From: Anaerolineales bacterium | GTDB lineage: Bacteria > Chloroflexota > Anaerolineae > Anaerolineales > E44-bin32 | Reading direction: 5' to 3' | Assembly (NCBI GenBank): GCA_037379555.1 | Contig: JARRJK010000006.1 | Span: 21,769 to 85,768, forward strand | Length of the DNA stretch: 64,000 nt | In this document: in pieces, positions 35,198 to 44,832 of the stretch | Position numbering within the stretch: the stretch's first letter is position 1 | Layout of the letters: each line of letters starts with the position of its first letter | The notes under the pieces: model-generated | Told to the model about the DNA's origin: nothing | The model's input: only the letters and a program-made list of their open reading frames with translations | Databases searched by the model: none | Program-made: the position numbers and the translations under genes

Positions 35198-37974
35198 TCC
35201 GCTTCCTGGCTAGCGGTTGCGAGTTCGGGTTTTTTGGCGATCGGCAGTCCCAGGGTGAAGGTCGTCCCGCGGCCCGGGATGCCATCGCTGTTAACCCAGA
35301 TCCGGCCGCCGTGCATCTCGACCAGGTTCAGGACGATCGCCAGACCCAGCCCGGTGCCGGCCACACCCATGATGAGCGCCTGCTCGCCCCGATAGAAGCG
35401 TTCGAAGATGCGCGACTGTTCGCCCAGTGAGATGCCGATCCCATTATCCTGAACTTCGATCTCGACCTGATCCGCTGATTGCTGGGCGCGCAAGATGATT
35501 TCCCCGCCTTCCGGTGTGTAGTTGAAAGCGTTTTCAACCAGATTGATCAGTATCTGACGCACACGTTCCGGATCGCCCCACAGGGAAGGCAGGTCAGCAG
35601 GTGCTTCAACGGCGAGCTGGATTTGCTTGCCGGTCTCGGACCGCTGCCGCTCCACAAAGGCTTCGGCTTCACGCAGCAGCTCACGCACGTCAAGCGGCTG
35701 GAAGGACAGCGTAACCTTCCCGGCTTCGATGCGGGAGATATCAAGCAGGTCGTTTACGAGAATCTCGAGCCGTTCCGTGTTGTTTTTGACGATGTTCAGG
35801 AAGCGCTGCTGCTCGGAATTCAGGTCTCCGGTGGCGCCCATCAGCAGCAGGTCGACAAAGCCTTTGATGGAGGTCATCGGCGTTCTGAGTTCATGGCTGA
35901 CGGTGGCGACGAATTCGGATTTCAACCGGTCAACTTCGACCTCACGCGTGATATCTCGGAAGATCGACACTGTTCCCAGAAACTCATCTCCCAGGACGAC
36001 GGGCGCCGGGTGGATCAGGAGCACGCGTTCGTCCTCGAGCACGACGCGCTCGCTGATCTCTGCTGTGGGTAGGGACGCTGGTGGTCTTTGCTTCCAGGAG
36101 CGGATCGCCTGCGTCCAGCGCTGACCTTCAGGGCCATAGAGACCGATAAAATCAAATACCGGTTGGTTGAGGATCGAATCGGCCGCTAATCCGAGGATGC
36201 GCTCCGCAGCGGCATTGAACAGCACTACTCGATGGTCGGCATCCGTGACGACGACGCCGTCAGCGATCGATTCGAGGATGGCGCGTGAGGTGCTTGACTC
36301 TACCTGCTGGGATCGCAGCATCACGCCCATGCGCTCGGCTTGTTCGCGGATCAGCAGGTAGAGTTCGGCGTTCTTGATCGCCACGGCGACCTGGCCGGCA
36401 GCGGTGGTGAGGGCGCGCAATTCGTCTTCGCCGAAAGCCTCCGGCTGCCGGCTCAGCAGGATCGCCGCTCCGAGTGATTCGTTGTTGGCGATCAGGGGTG
36501 CGACCGCGGCGCTCTTATAGTGGTGGGCATCGTCATCAAATGGGATCCAGCGCTCCTCAACCGCAAGGTCGGGGACGACAAAGGCCAGGCGGTTATCGAG
36601 TGCCCAGCCGCCGAGCCCCTGGCCGGAGCCGTGTTCCAAAGCGATACCGCCCGGTGGGACCAGAGGTCCTTCTCCGAAGGACGCCCGCAAGAAGAAGCGG
36701 TTGAGATCCGCGTCGTAGAGCAGCATGATCCCGCGTTCAGCGGGCGTGATATCCACCAACACCGCCAGGCTTTGAGCGAGAACGCGCTCGAGATCCAGGC
36801 TGGTCGAGATCTGGGTCGCCAGCTGCAGCAGCGTGTCCGTCCGCTGCAGGACCGTTTCCGGTTCACGGGCTGGCACCGCTTTGACCGCGGGACGATCGTC
36901 CACACCTTCTGGAGCAGGCGGTTCCTCAGGCAGTATCCATGATTCGTATTCCGCCGCGAGCGCTTTCAGTATTTCAGCCTCACTCTCTTCGAAGGGAGGA
37001 TGCTCCCTGGAACGGCCAACCACCAGCATCCCCAATAACTCGGAGGGCGGTCCGAGCGGGGCAAAGAGCAGGTGTTGAAGGGGAAACGAGTCTGGATCGA
37101 GCGCCAGGCCCAACTCGACAAAGGCTGGATCGTCGTGGAGGTTATTCGTCAGCCAGTAAGCATTCGTACGCAGAACCGAGCCAAGCGGGCTGGTGGGGCC
37201 GATATCGAGCGCCAGGCTGGAAAGGGCCGCAGCGTGCTCGCCGTGCACGGGGTTCTGCAACGTAAGTTTAGACGGGTCTCCCTGGCGCCGGAAAACCGCC
37301 AATAAGTCGACCTCCAGCTGATCCGCGACCTGCGCCAGGAACGCGGGGTTGACTTCCGCCGCGCGAGCCAGTTCGCGTCTGGCCTGACGCAGTTGCTCGA
37401 GCAGCTCGAGCGAGCGCCGACGCTGGCTGTTCTCTTCTTCCAGGCGGCAGGTTCTGAGGGCGACCCCCACCTGAAGAGCGAGCAGCCCGAAAAGCAAGAC
37501 GTCGGTCGGCTGGTAAAGGTCTGCCTCACGATGTGCGATTTCAAGCGTGCCGAAGACCTGCTCTCCGACCATCAGCGGCGCACCGAGGTAGGAGCGGAAA
37601 GGCAGGTCAGCGAAGGTGGGCGAGGGCAGGTCTTCTTGTGGCTCCTGCAAGTCCTGGATATGCAGCAGGCGGCGGTGTTCAACCAGCCATCCGGTAAGAC
37701 CCTGGCCGAGGTTGTAATGTGGTTGAGGATGACTCTGGAAATATGCTGCCACCTCGGGCGCGCTGACGCGGTGAGCGAGGATGCGTCCGCTGCTCTGCTC
37801 GATCAGGTTCAATTCTACGATCTCACCCTGCAGGAGGTTGAGAAGACCGGTAAGCGCGACCTGCAGCAGCACGTCCCGGTTCCTCGCCTGAGACAGCTGC
37901 TTGTTGAAGTGCGCCAGGCGTTCCAGACGCCCGCTGCTCTTCGATGGTGTCGCGGCTTCGGTGGTGGAGGTCAA
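35194..37974 (-). CDS. Soluble multi-GAF/PAS sensor histidine kinase
   Basis: About 600 aa of GAF-like repeats, a PAS (ILESIADGVVVTDADHRVVLFNAAAERILG), H-box VSHELRTPMTSIKGF, and N/G boxes (NLVENAFNYTPEGG; DNGIGIS; GTGLGLAIVLNLVEMHGGRIWVNS). No TM segments. Confidence 0.85.
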   Translation of the reverse strand: MTSTTEAATPSKSSGRLERLAHFNKQLSQARNRDVLLQVALTGLLNLLQGEIVELNLIEQSSGRILAHRVSAPEVAAYFQSHPQPHYNLGQGLTGWLVEHRRLLHIQDLQEPQEDLPSPTFADLPFRSYLGAPLMVGEQVFGTLEIAHREADLYQPTDVLLFGLLALQVGVALRTCRLEEENSQRRRSLELLEQLRQARRELARAAEVNPAFLAQVADQLEVDLLAVFRRQGDPSKLTLQNPVHGEHAAALSSLALDIGPTSPLGSVLRTNAYWLTNNLHDDPAFVELGLALDPDSFPLQHLLFAPLGPPSELLGMLVVGRSREHPPFEESEAEILKALAAEYESWILPEEPPAPEGVDDRPAVKAVPAREPETVLQRTDTLLQLATQISTSLDLERVLAQSLAVLVDITPAERGIMLLYDADLNRFFLRASFGEGPLVPPGGIALEHGSGQGLGGWALDNRLAFVVPDLAVEERWIPFDDDAHHYKSAAVAPLIANNESLGAAILLSRQPEAFGEDELRALTTAAGQVAVAIKNAELYLLIREQAERMGVMLRSQQVESSTSRAILESIADGVVVTDADHRVVLFNAAAERILGLAADSILNQPVFDFIGLYGPEGQRWTQAIRSWKQRPPASLPTAEISERVVLEDERVLLIHPAPVVLGDEFLGTVSIFRDITREVEVDRLKSEFVATVSHELRTPMTSIKGFVDLLLMGATGDLNSEQQRFLNIVKNNTERLEILVNDLLDISRIEAGKVTLSFQPLDVRELLREAEAFVERQRSETGKQIQLAVEAPADLPSLWGDPERVRQILINLVENAFNYTPEGGEIILRAQQSADQVEIEVQDNGIGISLGEQSRIFERFYRGEQALIMGVAGTGLGLAIVLNLVEMHGGRIWVNSDGIPGRGTTFTLGLPIAKKPELATASQEAE

Positions 37975-38046
37975 ACCAATCTCCAGGATCTGTTGGAGGT
38001 GATCTGCGGGAGGCCGGCAGCGTTTTGAAGTGGGGTTAGACAGGGA

Positions 38047-38910
38047 TCAAGGATGGCCATCGCCTGCGTTATCCATCCGACGGGCTTCCAGCGCGGCTTC
38101 TGTAAGGTCCTTCACGTGTTCAAATTCATGATCGGACCCATCCACCAGGCCAAATGCGAGGTACATCGGAGTCCGGTCTGATTCCGCCTTGCGTTCAAGC
38201 CGACCGGCGATATCCATGAACCGGTCCTGCAGTTGCATCCGAATCACCTCAACCCGTTCGCGCGTGGTGATAATGATGAAGTTCCCACTGCCGGCGTGGC
38301 CGAGAAAATCATCCTGGGTTCCCTCCGTACGAAGCACTTCGCCCATCATCGTGGCCAGTTGACGGAGCAGATCATCCGCCGCAAGGAAACCCTGCTCAGC
38401 CTGGAAATCCTCCAGATTCTCCACTCGCAGGTCGAGCAGCGCCCAGCCGCGGGAACTCAGCAGGTCGGCCAGACGTTCCTGGATCAGGCCGCCCGCCGGC
38501 AGGCCGGTACGGGCGTCGATCCAGCGCTCCCGCTCGGCGCGGCGCAGCGAATTCTGTACGCGCAGCTTCAGCTCCTCGATATCGAAGGGTTTGGTGATAT
38601 AGTCGTCCGCCCCCAGTTCGAGGCCCGAGATGCGGTCGCTGCGCTCATCTTTCTGGGTCAGGAACAGGATCGGGATATCGCTTGTTTCCGGTCTGCTGCG
38701 CAGCTGCTGGCATACCGAATATCCGTCCATATCCGGCAGCATGATGTCCAGCATGATCAGGTCGGGGCGTTGCTCTTTAACCTTGAGCAGCGCTTCGGCG
38801 CCCGTTCCAGCCACCTGAACGAGGTAGCCCTGGCCGTCAAAGTAGATGTTGAGAATGTTGGCGATGTCGAAGTCGTCCTCGACAACCAGAATCCTGCCCT
38901 TCCTCGTCAT
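38047..38910 (-). CDS. Response regulator with a degenerate GGDEF-like output domain
   Basis: REC (ILVVEDDFD...LIMLDIMLPDMDG...DDYITKPF) followed by a GGDEF-fold opening DARTGLP.... The GG(D/E)EF position reads HAGSGNFIIIT, i.e. no catalytic motif. Confidence 0.75.
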   Translation of the reverse strand: MTRKGRILVVEDDFDIANILNIYFDGQGYLVQVAGTGAEALLKVKEQRPDLIMLDIMLPDMDGYSVCQQLRSRPETSDIPILFLTQKDERSDRISGLELGADDYITKPFDIEELKLRVQNSLRRAERERWIDARTGLPAGGLIQERLADLLSSRGWALLDLRVENLEDFQAEQGFLAADDLLRQLATMMGEVLRTEGTQDDFLGHAGSGNFIIITTRERVEVIRMQLQDRFMDIAGRLERKAESDRTPMYLAFGLVDGSDHEFEHVKDLTEAALEARRMDNAGDGHP

Positions 38911-39133
38911 CGTTTCTCCCCATGTGGCGCAGCAGGTGTGAAGTACTGCGCTATGATCGATACTACCGATTAATTCAAGCAGGGAACCGGGTGACGAATT
39001 TATCTTACGGGAAAGGCTTCAGGTGGACAACCACGACCTTCGGGTCATCTGGCAGGATCTTAGGCTGGAAAGGAAGCTGGATCAAGGGAAAACGGGGGCA
39101 GGCACAAGCAGGGGCGGCACGATCCAGGTTTGG

Positions 39134-39670
39134 CTACGTCTTCATCTCCTCCAGGATGCTGTACAGCAGCTCGAGCAACACGTTTTTAACCATGTCCTTG
39201 TCCGTGGCGATGCATGGCAGCATCTTGACCTTCGAATCGAGATTGAGGGCGATGCGGAGATCGTCGACCTCCCAGGCATCGTCGATGTCCTGTTTGTTTG
39301 CTGCCACGACATAGGGAGTCGGCGCATACGCCCGGAACGTCTGCAGGATGCCACGCGCCTCGCGGAAGGTCTCCGGACGGGCGGAATCGACCATCACCAC
39401 GAACCCAAGCATTCCTTCCGAGAGGATCTCCCACATGAAGTCGAACCGTTTCTGGCCCGGGGTGCCGAAGAGGTAGAGCACCAGATCATCGTCGACCGTG
39501 ATCCGGCCGAAGTCCATCGCCACCGTTGTCGTCTCCTTGATCCGCTCGGCCTCACTGCTGATCTTGCGTTCGGTGGAGACGACATCGATCTCGCTGACCG
39601 ATTGTATGAAGGCCGTCTTGCCTGAGTTGAACGGGCCGGTAACTACCATCTTCACGGTTTGCATAAGCAT
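39134..39670 (-). CDS. Small Ras-like GTPase of the CvnD/COG2229 (ATP/GTP-binding protein) type
   Basis: G1 GPFNSGKT, G3 LFGTPGQKRF, G4 ANKQD; 178 aa. Confidence 0.8.
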   Translation of the reverse strand: MLMQTVKMVVTGPFNSGKTAFIQSVSEIDVVSTERKISSEAERIKETTTVAMDFGRITVDDDLVLYLFGTPGQKRFDFMWEILSEGMLGFVVMVDSARPETFREARGILQTFRAYAPTPYVVAANKQDIDDAWEVDDLRIALNLDSKVKMLPCIATDKDMVKNVLLELLYSILEEMKT

Positions 39671-39677
39671 AAATCCC

Positions 39678-40493
39678 TTACAATGACCGGATCCGATCGA
39701 TAAGGCGGTTAACCAAAGAGGACTGCTTGGTCTGATCCACCGGTGGCAACGGTTTCACCTTGGGGGGGAGCGGCATGCCCTCTGGGCGGATGATTTCAAC
39801 CAGCCCGGCCTGGATCAGACCGTACACGATGCGCCGGATCTCAAGGTCGTTCATCTTGTTGGCCTTGGCGATCTGGCGGATGGTATTCTTCGGGTTGATG
39901 TAGGAGACGACCTTCCATTCTTCGACAGTCATCTGGACATCACGGATATTCGCGCCGGGTCGGTCTACGAATTTCATCGCCATGTCGAGGGTGGGGATCT
40001 CTTCCTTCAGGAGTTCGAACTCCTCCATCCGCCGCGACCCTTCCATGATGATGTTTTCAAGGTCGATCCGGATCGTGATGGCGTCATCGGGGGGCAGCAC
40101 ATCGGCGTCGAAGCGGAAAAGGCCTTCGATCCAGGTAAACAGCAGGTAGATGATATCGAGGATGTGCTGGCGGATGCTGGCGAGAATATCCTGCTGGGTG
40201 AGGTAGCCGGCGTTGATCAGCAGCAGTCCGAGCTCCTTATCGCTGCGGTCGGTCGCATGTGATTTGATCACTTCCGCCTGCTTGGCCGTAATACGTTCGG
40301 CGCGCGTGAGGATGCCGGTGAGCGTGCCGTCCTGGTTGCCCATCTGCGCGTAAATCAGCTTCCCTTCACGGAAGGATACCCAGGCGATCGAATCAGGCCC
40401 CTCAACGGTAAGAGTGCCTGTCTTGTGCGCCAGGTTGATCAGATTCAATAGCTGCGTGACGCTGAAATCGCGCAGGTTGCCCTTAAGCGCCAT
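39678..40493 (-). CDS. DUF4388 (PATAN-type) domain protein with a DUF742-like C-terminal winged helix
   Basis: The N-terminus LKGNLRDFSVTQLLNLINLAHKTGTLTV is the DUF4388 signature. The C-terminal part EEWKVVSYINPKNTIRQIAKANKMNDLEIRRIVYGLIQAGLVEII resembles the DUF742/CvnC HTH as I remember it. 7 nt upstream of the GTPase gene. Confidence 0.65.
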   Translation of the reverse strand: MALKGNLRDFSVTQLLNLINLAHKTGTLTVEGPDSIAWVSFREGKLIYAQMGNQDGTLTGILTRAERITAKQAEVIKSHATDRSDKELGLLLINAGYLTQQDILASIRQHILDIIYLLFTWIEGLFRFDADVLPPDDAITIRIDLENIIMEGSRRMEEFELLKEEIPTLDMAMKFVDRPGANIRDVQMTVEEWKVVSYINPKNTIRQIAKANKMNDLEIRRIVYGLIQAGLVEIIRPEGMPLPPKVKPLPPVDQTKQSSLVNRLIDRIRSL

Positions 40494-40716
40494 GCGGGTC
40501 CCTTTGCACGGTCGGGAGTGTCGTCAACCAGCCTGAACACCGGGCGCAGTATGTGCGCCCGGCATCTCGGTTGGGCTTGCCTGGCGAGGTTTGGTCTCGC
40601 AAGCAGGTGCCGGGATTATACCTGCCGGAATCATGCGTTGCAAACGACACGTTATTCCTATCCACAGCAGGCCGGTTGGAGTGTGTTAGAATCCGGCCCT
40701 TCCTGCAGATTGCAAG

Positions 40717-41880
40717 ATGCAAGCCATGTCAAAGATGCGCCCCGTCCCTTTTCTCCTCCTGATCATCCTGCTGGCCGCGTGCGGCCAGCCACGGGCTATC
40801 CCAGCTCAAGCGCCTGAGACTGAAACACCGGCGGCTGCGGCTCCAGCCAGTCCGGAGGACACCGCAACCCATACTCCGGTGCCGGCGACCACTGCCACCC
40901 CATCCGAAACGGCCAGTCCACCAATGGGCAACCCGCTGACCGGAGTACCGTTGGAGGACGCCGCCCGGCTGGATCAGCGGCCGATCCTTGTCAAGGTCTC
41001 GAACTTCCCCCGCAACAACCGTCCGCAGTGGGGGCTTTCCCTGGCCGATATTGTCTTTGAGCACTACGCAGAGGGCGGGCTGACCCGGTTTTCGGCGTTG
41101 TTCTTCGGCCAGGAGGCAGAGACCATCGGCCCCATTCGCTCGGCGCGCTTCGTCGATCTGGAGCTGGTTCAGATGTATGGCGCCATCTTCGCCTACGGAA
41201 GCGCAGACTTTCGGGTGCGTGAGGCGATCGCCGAATCGAATTTCGCCGAGCGCGCCGTGACCGAGTATCCGGCACGCTGTCCCCCCATGTGCCGATTCGA
41301 CCCTTCCAACCTGAATCACCTCATCACGAGTACCGCCGGGTTGCGGGAGTATCTTCAGGATCAAGGCGTGGCGGATCAGCCGGTTGACCTGGCGGGGATG
41401 AAATTCGATCGCGTACCTCCTTCCGGGGGGGAACCAGGAACCGAGCTCGAGATTCACTATTCCGCCGGCAACTTCCATAGCTGGCGCTATGAAGCCGAAG
41501 CCGGCGTCTACCGGCGCTGGCAGGAGACGGGCTCAGATGAAGCCGAAGTCGAGTTGTTCAGTGATCGCCTGACAGGAGCCCCGGTCGGCCCGTCGAACGT
41601 GATCCTGGTCGTGGTGCCGCACAGCTACATCACGCCCAATCCGGAGTTCGTCCGCATCGAGCTGTGGGGATCAGGCCGTGCGATTGCTTTTCGCGATGGC
41701 AGGGCATTTGAAATCCGCTGGGTGCGGCCGGCTGGAGGAGGCGTGCTGCGGTTCGAGATGCAGGATGGTTCTTCTTTTCCGCTCAAGCCAGGATCAACCT
41801 GGATCGAGCTGGTGAATACCTCCTCGGAGATCGTGGAGCGTGAGCCTGCCAGCTGGTGGGTGCGGTTCCATATTCCTTAG
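40717..41880 (+). CDS. DUF3048-family secreted lipoprotein
   Basis: Lipobox LLAACGQ, a Thr/Pro/Ala linker, then PILVKVSNFPRNNRPQWGLSLADIVFEHYAEGGLTRFSALFF, characteristic of DUF3048. Confidence 0.75.
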   Translation: MQAMSKMRPVPFLLLIILLAACGQPRAIPAQAPETETPAAAAPASPEDTATHTPVPATTATPSETASPPMGNPLTGVPLEDAARLDQRPILVKVSNFPRNNRPQWGLSLADIVFEHYAEGGLTRFSALFFGQEAETIGPIRSARFVDLELVQMYGAIFAYGSADFRVREAIAESNFAERAVTEYPARCPPMCRFDPSNLNHLITSTAGLREYLQDQGVADQPVDLAGMKFDRVPPSGGEPGTELEIHYSAGNFHSWRYEAEAGVYRRWQETGSDEAEVELFSDRLTGAPVGPSNVILVVVPHSYITPNPEFVRIELWGSGRAIAFRDGRAFEIRWVRPAGGGVLRFEMQDGSSFPLKPGSTWIELVNTSSEIVEREPASWWVRFHIP

Positions 41881-42017
41881 CCTGACCGGAGCGGCCTGTC
41901 CAGCCGCGCCGGCCTCCCCAGCGAACTCCGGCTTCAATCGAAGTGGAACACCACCAGGGATTGGGACATTGGCGGATCAAGAATCGGGGGATGCCTCAGC
42001 CGGAAGGATTGTGCGGA

Positions 42018-42557
42018 TCAGGAGCGCCAATAGCCGCGATGCAGCGGGCGGATATCTTCCACCGTCACGAATGCGTCGGGATCGATCTCGTCCACCTGCT
42101 TGCGGATGCGCGGGATATGGCGGCGGCGGACGGTTGTGGAGATCACGCTGACGGTGCCGTCCTTGCCGCGTGCCGGGAACTCGGTGGCGGCATGACCGTC
42201 CAGGCGCAGTGCATCGACAATTGCGCTGCCACGGCGTGAGCTGATGATCTGTACGTGGCTGTAGCCGATCGCAAGCCGTTCCTCGAGCGCCATGCCGACG
42301 ACGGTCCCGGTTGCATAGCCGGCGGCGTAGGCGGCGACGTTCCAAAGGTCACCGAGGTTAGCAAGAACGCTGGTGATGGCGACCACCCACAGGCTCGATT
42401 GACAGAAGCCGAGGATCCAGGCGAACGGTTTGCGACCGCGTATAACGAACAGCACCCTTAGCGTGTCGAAACTCATATCCGTCACGCGCAGGAAGAAGAT
42501 CACAACGGGCAGCAACCCAGCGGGGATGTCGAGCAAGTTAAGCATGAGCCAGGTCAA
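42018..42557 (-). CDS. UPF0316 / DUF2179-family membrane protein
   Basis: Three N-terminal TM helices with FFLRVTDMSFDTLRVLFVIRG and a C-terminal soluble DUF2179-like domain. Overlaps the glgP stop by 4 nt. Confidence 0.72.
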   Translation of the reverse strand: MTWLMLNLLDIPAGLLPVVIFFLRVTDMSFDTLRVLFVIRGRKPFAWILGFCQSSLWVVAITSVLANLGDLWNVAAYAAGYATGTVVGMALEERLAIGYSHVQIISSRRGSAIVDALRLDGHAATEFPARGKDGTVSVISTTVRRRHIPRIRKQVDEIDPDAFVTVEDIRPLHRGYWRS

Positions 42558-44713
42558 GCATGGTTGGGTTCAGGCAGCGCTTCCAGGTACATCTCATCCA
42601 TATATTCCTTGACCATCCGCCGCATGCTGAAGGCTGGCGCCAGTGTGCGGATCGATTCACGGATCCACCCAAGCCACTCCAGAGGCATGCTGTCCAAGGA
42701 CCGGTCATAGTAGAGCGGAATAATCTGGTGCTCCAGCACGTCATACAGGCTTTCGGCATCGAGGCGATCCTGCTCTTTCGGGTCGTCGTAGGTCTTGTCT
42801 TCCCCGATCGCCCAGCCGTTGGTGCCTGAGTAGCCCTCCCGCCACCATCCGTCAAGGACCGAGAAATTGAGCACGCCGTTGAGCGCCGCCTTCTGTCCTG
42901 ATGTTCCAGAGGCTTCGTTCGGCCGGCGAGGCGTGTTCAACCAGACGTCGACCCCCTGCACCATGTAGCGGGCGACGTTCAGGTCATAGTCCTCAAGGAA
43001 GACCAGCCGGCCTCCGAATTCAGCCTTCTTGACCGTCCGGTATACATCCTGGATCAAGCGCTTGCCCGGCTCATCGGAGGGGTGTGCTTTTCCGGCGAAG
43101 ATGATCTGCACCGGCCGCTCGGGCTGGTTGATGAGCCTAAGCAGGCGCTCGGGCTGGCTGAGGATCAGGTTTGCGCGTTTGTAGGTTGCGAACCTGCGCG
43201 CAAAGCCGATTGTCAGAGCATACGGATCCAGCAGCACACCGCTGGCGATCACCTGCACCGGATGGATGCCGCCATTGATCCAGGGTGAGCGCACGCGCTC
43301 CCGCATGTAGGCGACCAACTTGCGTTTCAGGTGCCGCCTGACCTCCCACAGCTCGTCGTCCGGGATGAGATCAACGCCTTCCCATACCGAGGGATCATCC
43401 AGCCGTTCGCGCCAATCCGCATCCAGATACTGGCTGTAGAGCAGTTCCAGGCGCCGGGCCAGCCAGGTGAGGGTATGAACGCCATTCGTGATATAGCGGA
43501 TGGGGGTTTCTTCAACGGTCAACTTCGGCCAGATATGTGACCACATCTTGCGAGCGACTTCGCCATGCAGTTCGGAAACGCCGTTCAGGTGACCTGCCAT
43601 GTGAATGGCGAGCCTGGACATGCTGAAGGTCTCCCCCCAGTCATGCTTTTCCAGCGCCAGGCCGAGGAACGATTCCCGATTCAGGCCAAGCTGCGGCCAA
43701 TACTGGCCGAAGTATTTTTCAATCATCGAGGGCTGGAACTGATCATGGCCGGCGGGCACCGGTGTGTGTGTGGTGAAAATGGTCGAGGCCTTGATGCGTT
43801 CGCGGGCCTCTTCAAAGGAGAGGCCGCCAGCTGTAAGTTCCCGCGCTCGTTCCAGTGTCTGGAAGGCGGAATGCCCCTCGTTCAGATGCCATACGGCCGG
43901 GTTGTAGCCGAGTTCCCGTAGCGCGCGTACGCCGCCGATCCCGAGGATGATCTCCTGCGAGATGCGCAGCTCGTGATCGCTGGTGTACAGGCGTGCGGTC
44001 AGACTGCGGTCGTTGGGTTGGTTCTGGGTGACATCGCTGTCGAGTAAGAAAAGCGGGACGCGCCCGACCTGTACCCGCCACAGGCGTGCGTTGAGTTCCC
44101 TCCCCGAAAGTGAGACCGTTACCAGGATTGGCTTACCCGCCCCATCCAGAACAGGATACACCGGCAGGTCGGGGAATGAGAGCGACGTCCAATCGGCTTC
44201 CTGCCAGCCATCCTCGGTTATATGCTGCCTGAAGTAGCCTTCTGTGTAGAGGAACCCGACCGCAACAAGCGGCAGACCGAGATCGCTGGCCTCCTTCAAA
44301 TGATCGCCGGAGAGCACGCCCAGTCCGCCGGCATAGATCGGCAGTGCCTCGTGCAGGCCGAACTCGGTCGAGAAGTAGGCGATCGGTTGATTAAGGCGGT
44401 CCGGGTGGGCGCCCGTAAACCAGGTGCTATCGGCCTGCATGTACCTCTCGAATGCCTGTGTCAGCCGGTCATAGGCTTCGAGGTAACTGCGCCGACGGGT
44501 CGCCTGGTCAAATCGCTCACGCTCGACCTGGCGCAGGAATTTAACCGGATTGTGGTACGTCGTCTCCCAGGTGACGGGGTCGATATCCTTAAAGAGCCCT
44601 CCGGCATTGGGTTCCCATGTCCACCATAGATTGTAGGCCAGATCGCTCAGCTTGCGGATGCGCTGGGGTAGGTCGAAGTGGTTGGGCAGTGCCTGTTCCC
44701 AGTTTCTGATCAT
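42554..44713 (-). CDS. glgP: Alpha-glucan (glycogen/maltodextrin) phosphorylase, GT35
   Basis: LAYNLWWTWEP, AYFSTEFGLHE..PIYAGGLGVLSGD, FTTHTPVPAGHD, and the PLP lysine region ASGTSGQKAALNG. ATG at 44713 with a ggag RBS; the ORF extends to 44752. Confidence 0.88.
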   Translation of the reverse strand: MIRNWEQALPNHFDLPQRIRKLSDLAYNLWWTWEPNAGGLFKDIDPVTWETTYHNPVKFLRQVERERFDQATRRRSYLEAYDRLTQAFERYMQADSTWFTGAHPDRLNQPIAYFSTEFGLHEALPIYAGGLGVLSGDHLKEASDLGLPLVAVGFLYTEGYFRQHITEDGWQEADWTSLSFPDLPVYPVLDGAGKPILVTVSLSGRELNARLWRVQVGRVPLFLLDSDVTQNQPNDRSLTARLYTSDHELRISQEIILGIGGVRALRELGYNPAVWHLNEGHSAFQTLERARELTAGGLSFEEARERIKASTIFTTHTPVPAGHDQFQPSMIEKYFGQYWPQLGLNRESFLGLALEKHDWGETFSMSRLAIHMAGHLNGVSELHGEVARKMWSHIWPKLTVEETPIRYITNGVHTLTWLARRLELLYSQYLDADWRERLDDPSVWEGVDLIPDDELWEVRRHLKRKLVAYMRERVRSPWINGGIHPVQVIASGVLLDPYALTIGFARRFATYKRANLILSQPERLLRLINQPERPVQIIFAGKAHPSDEPGKRLIQDVYRTVKKAEFGGRLVFLEDYDLNVARYMVQGVDVWLNTPRRPNEASGTSGQKAALNGVLNFSVLDGWWREGYSGTNGWAIGEDKTYDDPKEQDRLDAESLYDVLEHQIIPLYYDRSLDSMPLEWLGWIRESIRTLAPAFSMRRMVKEYMDEMYLEALPEPNHA

Positions 44714-44832
44714 AGCACTCCAGGACCTGAAGGGTATGCTGGGCCGTCGCATACGAGTCGGCGGCCAAATCTTACCATGAGCATCCTCGCAGGTCGATCC
44801 GGGAATCCGGAACAGCAGGAAGTGTCATCGGT

